The notes beneath the pieces are model-generated. The model ran no database searches, was not told the origin of the DNA, and saw only the letters and a list, made by a program, of their open reading frames with translations. Positions 58,054 through 64,000 of a DNA stretch of 64,000 nucleotides are shown piece after piece (the stretch's first letter is position 1; each line of letters begins with the position of its first letter). The translations under genes and the position numbers were made by a program. Source of the stretch: Bacilli bacterium (GTDB lineage Bacteria; Bacillota_I; Bacilli_A; ML615J-28; CAG-313); the NCBI GenBank assembly GCA_017409905.1, contig JAFQRV010000034.1, positions 8,277 through 72,276 on the forward strand. The letters run 5' to 3'.

Positions 58054-58823
58054 ATATTTTTTTCAATTTCTTCTTTCTTTGCTTTTTTATCTTTAATAAG
58101 CCATGGTAAATATGATAATACAAATAATGTACCAACAGCTACTCCCATTACTAACATTTTTAACCAATAATTCTTAGGTAAGATATTTAGTAAAGATGCT
58201 GTATCTTCAACAGTTGCCATATATAGATAGTTAGCACCAGCACCTAAAACGTTATTTGCGAAAGTTGCGATCATTGCTAAGATAAACAATGCAATACCAG
58301 ATTTTGCCATAGACTTCCATGTTGGTCTCATTTTATGAACAAATGTCATATACATTAATGCGACATATCCAAAAGTATGAGCCATCCAAAATTGGTAATA
58401 TCTAAATCTAGTAGGTCCTGTATAAGAGATTGCGGTTGGTGTAATAACTGCAAATAATGTTCCAGAAAATAACCAGAAATATACTATATCATATAAAGTT
58501 TGACTTTTTGTATTTACTAAAAAACTACTTAATATTAATACCCATCCACAGATAGAAATAGGTAATTCTGTTAAAGGTCCTCTTTCTAATGATGTAACAG
58601 ATGCAATTCTCCAGTAATATGACATTTCAGTTATAATTAAAATAAATCCAAAAGTCATGCGTACTGCTTTTTCATATTTAAAAGAAGCTATTTGATTTCT
58701 AAATTTATATATTAATAATATTACAACAATTGCAACTATTACTGGTAATATATGAGCAAGAGTAAATAGTCTAAATTCTATTTCACTACCTTGACCAAAA
58801 AAATATTTTAAAGATTCTAACAT
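58041..58823 (-). CDS. YwaF/TIGR02206 (TMEM164-like) integral membrane protein
   Basis: ELPISICG, AVITP, FWMAH, GANYLYM; multiple TM helices. Confidence 0.82.
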   Translation of the reverse strand: MLESLKYFFGQGSEIEFRLFTLAHILPVIVAIVVILLIYKFRNQIASFKYEKAVRMTFGFILIITEMSYYWRIASVTSLERGPLTELPISICGWVLILSSFLVNTKSQTLYDIVYFWLFSGTLFAVITPTAISYTGPTRFRYYQFWMAHTFGYVALMYMTFVHKMRPTWKSMAKSGIALFILAMIATFANNVLGAGANYLYMATVEDTASLLNILPKNYWLKMLVMGVAVGTLFVLSYLPWLIKDKKAKKEEIEKNIAAS

Positions 58824-58844
58824 ATTTTTACCTCACTTTTAAAG

Positions 58845-58870
58845 AAAAAAGTCACAAGTTACCTTGTGAC
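58845..58870 (-). terminator. Intrinsic terminator after the GKRP-like gene
   Basis: GTCACAAG / CTTGTGAC with an A-tract on its left. Confidence 0.7.
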
Positions 58871-58881
58871 CATTTTATTAA

Positions 58882-60714
58882 TTATTCAATATCTTTAGTT
58901 GGATCAAAACCTAAACGTTTTAAAGTTTCAACAACATATGATTCTTTATATTCATCTTCAGGTTTTCTATTATAATAAGATTTGAAGAATTCTTGGTTAG
59001 CTTGTTCATAAGGAATTTGAGCTAAAGATGCGATGATTCTTGTAGATCTGTCAATTAATTTCTTATTAGTTGGTAATACTTGTACCATCCAGTTACCAAA
59101 TACTCTACCCATCTTAGCCATTGTACCTGTAGATAAAGCATTAAATGCAACTTTGATTAATAAGTGATATAAGATATCTGTACAAGTTCTTGGAAGTTCT
59201 ACTGGAACTCTGATTTCATCTTCTTGGATAACATCTGATGGAATTTGACCAAATCTAATTACTTTTCCACCTGTGAATTTAACTACTTCTTTTTTGTACC
59301 AAGCGATTGCTTCTTTAGTAGCAGAACCATTAATATCAATTAATACTAAATATGCATTGTCACGTGAATATCTTGATTGATCATCTTCATTACCAATGCA
59401 GTATTCAAGAAGTTCAGAACCACTTACTTTTGGAGGATTATTAATGATGTCTTGAGTAGCACCCATTGCGCGATAATCATCTGGAGTCCATTCAAGACCT
59501 TTAATGTCTCTTCTCATTAATTGTTGCCATGCAACTTCATTAGGATATAGTGGATCTTTAGTATAAGCCCATGAAACTTCATGTTCAGTATCATTGAATT
59601 TTCTAAATGGTGGAAGTGTAAATGTAGGTTGACGTTCAGTAGTATCTGTCATGATATCAAGTAAGTATTCATGAGTAGCATAAGTTACTAAACCTTTTTT
59701 ATTATATGTATCAACTTCAAAGTCTACAGCTTTAGCAATACCTTTTAAAGCTTCGCCTTCCATTAATTGTTTATTTAATGAAACAAATGCATCAGCATAT
59801 TGATCTAATGTTAAGAATTCCCCACCAATAACTGATAATTCTTGTTCAGTTAAGTTTTCTTTTAACCAACGGTTTGCAGCTATTTCAAGTGCAGCACCTG
59901 CAGCAAGTAATTCAACAGTTGTAGTTTGCATACGAGTTGAACCTGAAACTGCCATGTTACCAACTACTAGAGGAATTTTAACGATATATTTATCTGTTGG
60001 AACACCATTTTTAATGTTTTCGTTGTATTCATCAACACATTCAAAAACAGCACGAGCACGGTCTAAATGATTTCTTAAGATATCTTCTGGATTACAGTGT
60101 AAGTAATAAGTTCTAAGACCAAGTTCATAACCTCTTACAGCTGATCCATTGATACTTGCAGATAATCCACATTCAGATAAAGCAACAAGTACATCACCTT
60201 TAGTCATTTCAGCTTCGTCAACTTGTTTTGCACCAAAAGTCATATAGTCTTCAAAATTTTCAACTGAACGTACTACTGCACGGTCACCACCTGTGATAAA
60301 GCTTGTAACTACATCACCAAGTTGTAAAAATTCATAACGATGGTTAGGAAGTTTATCAACTAGTCCTTGCCAGAAACATCTCCAAGCACCTTCCATTTGA
60401 ACTGCCATTCTTCCTGATGCACCAACACTTGAGAAAACAACTTTTCTCTTTTCATCCATACAACGTTTGATATCATCAATGAATGCTGCAAATTCTGGAG
60501 TATGGAATGCAGTTCTTGCAACTGGTTCAACATTTACGTCCGCAGCAAAAATAGTTTTAACACCCTCTGCAGTATCTTTTGCGATAATTGCGCTTAAGTT
60601 TCTAGTAATAGGGTTAGATTGTTCTGTAGGAATAACACCTAAATGGAATTGTTTTTCATTTTCTAAAAAATCTTTAGAAGCTTCTAAATAATCTTTTATT
60701 GTTTTGTAAATCAT
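58882..60714 (-). CDS. SIS-domain protein of the MurQ/glucokinase-regulatory-protein (GKRP) family with full GKRP-like length
   Basis: PTEQSNP, GASGRMA, GGDRAVVRSVENFED, GSTRMQ, DTTERQPTF, NALSTGTMAKMGRVFGNWMV..TNKKLIDR. Start reassigned to ATG 60714 with AAGGAG. Confidence 0.82.
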   Translation of the reverse strand: MIYKTIKDYLEASKDFLENEKQFHLGVIPTEQSNPITRNLSAIIAKDTAEGVKTIFAADVNVEPVARTAFHTPEFAAFIDDIKRCMDEKRKVVFSSVGASGRMAVQMEGAWRCFWQGLVDKLPNHRYEFLQLGDVVTSFITGGDRAVVRSVENFEDYMTFGAKQVDEAEMTKGDVLVALSECGLSASINGSAVRGYELGLRTYYLHCNPEDILRNHLDRARAVFECVDEYNENIKNGVPTDKYIVKIPLVVGNMAVSGSTRMQTTTVELLAAGAALEIAANRWLKENLTEQELSVIGGEFLTLDQYADAFVSLNKQLMEGEALKGIAKAVDFEVDTYNKKGLVTYATHEYLLDIMTDTTERQPTFTLPPFRKFNDTEHEVSWAYTKDPLYPNEVAWQQLMRRDIKGLEWTPDDYRAMGATQDIINNPPKVSGSELLEYCIGNEDDQSRYSRDNAYLVLIDINGSATKEAIAWYKKEVVKFTGGKVIRFGQIPSDVIQEDEIRVPVELPRTCTDILYHLLIKVAFNALSTGTMAKMGRVFGNWMVQVLPTNKKLIDRSTRIIASLAQIPYEQANQEFFKSYYNRKPEDEYKESYVVETLKRLGFDPTKDIE

Positions 60715-60758
60715 TTTCTTCTCCTTATTTTGGGCTGTCGCCATTTTTAAATCAACTT

Positions 60759-60787
60759 ATTATATCACATTAATACTTTCTTTTCAA
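60759..60787 (-). promoter_or_regulatory. Sigma-A promoter with extended -10 for the GKRP-like gene
   Basis: TTGAAA (60787-60782), 17-bp spacer ending TGa, TATAAT (60764-60759). Confidence 0.7.
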
Positions 60788-60805
60788 GTAAATACTCTAA
60801 TGTTT

Positions 60806-61648
60806 TTAAAGCCTCATTATTCCAGGTATTACATAATGATATTTTATTGACTTACTCGCATTTATATTTGCGTTAATTATTGCATCATCAAGACAATAAT
60901 TTTTACTTAAATAATATGCAATACTTCCACAAAATACATCACCTGCACCAGTTGTATCAATTACATTAGTTTTTATGCTATCATAAGATTTTTCTTGATG
61001 GTTGTTAATATGTATACAACCTTTAGAACCTAGTGTTACTATAACATTTAAGTTAAGTTCTTTAATTTTTTCCACGTAATTATTTCCGAATAAAATATTT
61101 GCTTCTATTTCGTTTGGAATAATTAAATCACATAATTTAAATTCTTCTATCCATTTATTACAAGGTGCTGGATTTAATATTATTTGTTTATTTTTTGACT
61201 TCGCGTATTTAATAATTTCTTTTATTAAAATAAGAGGAATTTCTAGTTGAAGTAATACAATATCACTTTCATCAATCTGACTAAAAATTAATGGTAAATC
61301 ACTATCTTCTAACTTACACCCTTGATAAACACTTACTCGATTATCACCTAGCTTATTAGTTAGAATAGTTGCATAAGCACATCTATCGCTTTTTTCAACA
61401 TATATATGTTTTAAACCTAAATTAGTAGTATCATTAATTATTTTTTGTTTATAAATATCATTTCCAATAGCCGATAAAAAAGTAACATCTCCACCAAGTT
61501 TATGAATAGTAAGGGCTTGATTGAATCCTTTTCCGCCTATTTCATCATATATATTTTCTACACTAATTGTTTCTCCATCTTGATGAAAATGGTCACAATT
61601 CATAAATACTGATTCACCAACTAAACCAACTACAAATATCTTTTTCAT
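60806..61648 (-). CDS. rbsK: PfkB-family sugar kinase, probable ribokinase
   Basis: GGKGFNQA, LLQLEIP, LNPAP, PNEIEA, DTTGAGDVFCG. Confidence 0.78.
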   Translation of the reverse strand: MKKIFVVGLVGESVFMNCDHFHQDGETISVENIYDEIGGKGFNQALTIHKLGGDVTFLSAIGNDIYKQKIINDTTNLGLKHIYVEKSDRCAYATILTNKLGDNRVSVYQGCKLEDSDLPLIFSQIDESDIVLLQLEIPLILIKEIIKYAKSKNKQIILNPAPCNKWIEEFKLCDLIIPNEIEANILFGNNYVEKIKELNLNVIVTLGSKGCIHINNHQEKSYDSIKTNVIDTTGAGDVFCGSIAYYLSKNYCLDDAIINANINASKSIKYHYVIPGIMRL

Positions 61649-61678
61649 AATGCACCTCTTAAAAATATTTTATCATAA

Positions 61679-61711
61679 TAAAAAAGATTATACAATTAAA
61701 GTATAATCTTT
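61679..61711 (-). terminator. Intrinsic terminator after tsaD
   Basis: AAAGATTATAC / GTATAATCTTT with an A-tract on its left. Confidence 0.65.
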
Positions 61712-62663
61712 ATTTTTTAAGTTCTTGAAAATATGCCGCAACACCAATCATTGCTGCATTATCTGTACAATATTCAAATGGTGGGAAAGTTAAGATTACA
61801 TCATTTAATGATTCTACCATTTTTGTTAATTCTTTTCTTAGCCCTTTATTTGCAGCTACACCACCAGCAACAATTATTTGTTTTGCATTATAGTTAACTG
61901 CAGCCATTTTAGTTTTTGAACAAAGTACATCAACAACTGCTTCTTGGAAAGAAGCCGCTAAATCAAAAGCATTAAGTTCTGTATTATTAGCAAGTGCTTT
62001 ATTATGTAAATTAATTACAGCTGATTTTAAACCAGAGAAACTAAAGTCATAAGAGTCTTTTGCAAGTTTAATATGTGGTAGTTTATAAACAGGATTTCCA
62101 TTTGCGGCCATTTTATCAATAATTGGTCCACCAGGATATCCTACATTTACTACTCTTGCAATCTTATCATAGGCTTCACCTACAGCATCATCTAAAGTTT
62201 CACCCAATATTTCAAAGTCAAAATGATCTTTCATTAAAACAAGTTCAGTATGTCCACCTGATACAACTAACGCAATTAATGGAAATTTAAAATCACTAGT
62301 TAAGTAGTTAGCATAAATATGACCATGAATATGATTAACAAATGTAATTGGTTTATTAAACGCAAATGCTAAAGTTTTAGCACAGTTTATTCCAACCATT
62401 AGTGAACCAACAAGTCCTGGTGTGCTTGTTACCGCAATTCTATCGATATCATTCATTGTAAGTTTAGCTTCTTTTAATGCAGCATCTAAAACATAAGTAA
62501 TCTTTTCAATATGATGACGTGATGCCACTTCTGGAACAACACCACCATATAGTTTGTGAATTTCGATTTGGGTATATGTTACATTACTTAGTACTTTTTT
62601 ACCATCTTCTACAACCGCAATACTTGTTTCATCACAACTTGATTCAATTGCTAAAATTTTCAT
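61710..62663 (-). CDS. tsaD: tRNA N6-adenosine threonylcarbamoyltransferase
   Basis: [40 protein letters not shown]. Confidence 0.97.
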   Translation of the reverse strand: MKILAIESSCDETSIAVVEDGKKVLSNVTYTQIEIHKLYGGVVPEVASRHHIEKITYVLDAALKEAKLTMNDIDRIAVTSTPGLVGSLMVGINCAKTLAFAFNKPITFVNHIHGHIYANYLTSDFKFPLIALVVSGGHTELVLMKDHFDFEILGETLDDAVGEAYDKIARVVNVGYPGGPIIDKMAANGNPVYKLPHIKLAKDSYDFSFSGLKSAVINLHNKALANNTELNAFDLAASFQEAVVDVLCSKTKMAAVNYNAKQIIVAGGVAANKGLRKELTKMVESLNDVILTFPPFEYCTDNAAMIGVAAYFQELKK

Positions 62664-63097
62664 GATAATTCCTTTCTAAGAATTAAAGCATTATCTCCAT
62701 TCTTATAATATTCTTTACGAACAGTTATTTGTTTAAAACCTTGAAGAGTATAGAATTTAATAGCTTGGATATTTTGTTCACGAACTTCTAATAATATTTC
62801 TTTACTATTATTACTTATTGAATCCTCAATAATTTGTTTCATTAGTAATTGTCCGATACCTTGATGTTGATATTTTTTATCAACTACAAAATTAATCATA
62901 TCTGTAACGCCTTCTATTATCCATGCACCAATATAACCAATTACTAATTCACTATCTTTGGCTACATAAAAATAAGCATATTTATTATGAAGTTCAGCTT
63001 GTAACATTTCATAACCTAATGTTTCTTCTAAATGTCTTTCTTCAATATCTACAACAAACTGAATATCTTCTTTTTTTAATTTTTCTATTTTAATCAT
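62660..63097 (-). CDS. rimI: Ribosomal-protein-alanine N-acetyltransferase (GNAT)
   Basis: QHQGIG, LEVREQN..AIKFY..GF, RKEYY..GDNA; located between tsaB and tsaD. Confidence 0.88.
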   Translation of the reverse strand: MIKIEKLKKEDIQFVVDIEERHLEETLGYEMLQAELHNKYAYFYVAKDSELVIGYIGAWIIEGVTDMINFVVDKKYQHQGIGQLLMKQIIEDSISNNSKEILLEVREQNIQAIKFYTLQGFKQITVRKEYYKNGDNALILRKELS

Positions 63098-63672
63098 TAT
63101 ACACCACTTCTTAAATAAGTAGGTACAAAGTTATGAATATCTTCTATATCTTGATATAAATGTTTTTCTAATATTAGTAATGGATTATAACTACTTACTT
63201 GATTAGTTATTTCTAATGCATCAGGAAACATCTCATTTAAGATGCTTGTTTCAATAAATGCCTCTTCCATTACTACTTTTATCTCATCACTTATTTCAAA
63301 TACTTTTGCATAACTAAAACCACGTCTAGCGTCCATTTTAACAACAATTTTACCTTTTTTAAAATTAGTTGTTAATAATAAGTCAAGTGAAGAAAAACTC
63401 TTTAATTTGATGTTTTTAGAATACGCTAATACTTTTGCGACAGTACATGCAACTCTTACTCCAGTATATGATCCTGGACCTTTACCTACATATATTTCTT
63501 TTATCTCATCAACACTTATATTATGTTTATTTAAACACTCTTCAAGAACACTAATTAAAGTCTCTGAATGATTATTATTACCTACTTGAAGATGTTCAAA
63601 TAAAATATGATTATTTTCAATAATTGATATATATAAATATTGATTAGATGTATCTAAAAATAATTGTTTCAT
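63097..63672 (-). CDS. tsaB: tRNA threonylcarbamoyladenosine biosynthesis protein TsaB
   Basis: LDTS, HSE, GPGSYTGVR, DARR; likely start ATG 63672. Confidence 0.95.
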   Translation of the reverse strand: MKQLFLDTSNQYLYISIIENNHILFEHLQVGNNNHSETLISVLEECLNKHNISVDEIKEIYVGKGPGSYTGVRVACTVAKVLAYSKNIKLKSFSSLDLLLTTNFKKGKIVVKMDARRGFSYAKVFEISDEIKVVMEEAFIETSILNEMFPDALEITNQVSSYNPLLILEKHLYQDIEDIHNFVPTYLRSGV

Positions 63673-63673
63673 A

Positions 63674-64000
63674 CTATTCACCATATATATCTTTAATCTT
63701 ATTAATAAAAGTACAATTTGCTTCAATTGTTACATCTCTTGTTCCATCTTCTAATATATCAAATGACAATTTAATGGCATCTTCAGGAATTAAAGACTTA
63801 ACATTATCTGCCCATTCTACAACACTTACGCCACCTAAATAAAAGTATTCTTCTAGTTCAAAATCTTGATTAACATCACTTATGCGATAAACATCTAAAT
63901 GATATAAATTTAAAGACCCTTCATATACTTTCATAATCGTAAAAGTAGGACTATTAATAACTCTTTTAATATTTAAAGCTTTTCCTATTCCTTTAGTAAG
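63674..64000 (-). CDS. tsaE: tRNA threonylcarbamoyladenosine biosynthesis ATPase TsaE (partial; 5' end outside the window)
   Basis: Frame open to the window edge: LTKGIGKAL..INSPTFTIMKVY..YHLDVYR..VVEWA. Confidence 0.95.
   Translation of the reverse strand, partial: LTKGIGKALNIKRVINSPTFTIMKVYEGSLNLYHLDVYRISDVNQDFELEEYFYLGGVSVVEWADNVKSLIPEDAIKLSFDILEDGTRDVTIEANCTFINKIKDIYGE

Noticed and set aside
60806-61648. PfkB kinase as the missing pseudouridine kinase PsuK
   Set aside because: Motifs GGKGxNQA, LQLEIP and LNPAP fit ribokinase, and the gene is 35 kb from psuG. It cannot be fully excluded without a phylogeny.

Overview
Very AT-rich bacterial chromosomal window using the standard genetic code (TGA is a stop, Trp is TGG). 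Almost all genes lie on the minus strand; uppP and a CotY/CotZ-like gene are the exceptions. The gene content (glnS, many lipoproteins, BspA-type LRR proteins, a T-box, a CotZ-like gene, uppP) suggests an uncultured low-GC Bacilli lineage near the Acholeplasmatales/Anaeroplasma group; this placement is inference. Layout: (1) 1-24.2 kb, one tightly coupled operon running off the window: InlB-repeat lipoprotein, oversized OppA, OppBCDF, a small membrane protein, a 2505-aa S8 protease with LRRs, and three large Ig-repeat lipoproteins. This is a candidate 'protein utilization locus', with a palindromic operator and a possible two-state RNA structure between oppA and oppB. (2) Amidase lipoprotein plus psuG. 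(3) T-box-pheST. (4) Degenerate EIIB-pepV-trmB-yjjX-DJ-1. (5) uppP and cotZ-like. (6) Cys/His-repeat LRR lipoprotein. (7) Regulator plus potABCD. (8) A 44-47.2 kb variable region with three paralogous lipoproteins, an unannotated relic carrying a papain-like 'YNLxxNNCxH' motif, recombination scars and a candidate sRNA. (9) Degenerate GroEL without GroES, then coiled-coil protein, B3/4 protein, glnS, pcrA, ligA and an SGNH lipoprotein. (10) YwaF-type membrane protein, a full-length GKRP/MurQ-like protein, ribokinase, and tsaE-tsaB-rimI-tsaD. No rRNA, tRNA, CRISPR array or transposase was recognised. All family calls come from reading motifs by eye, not from database searches.
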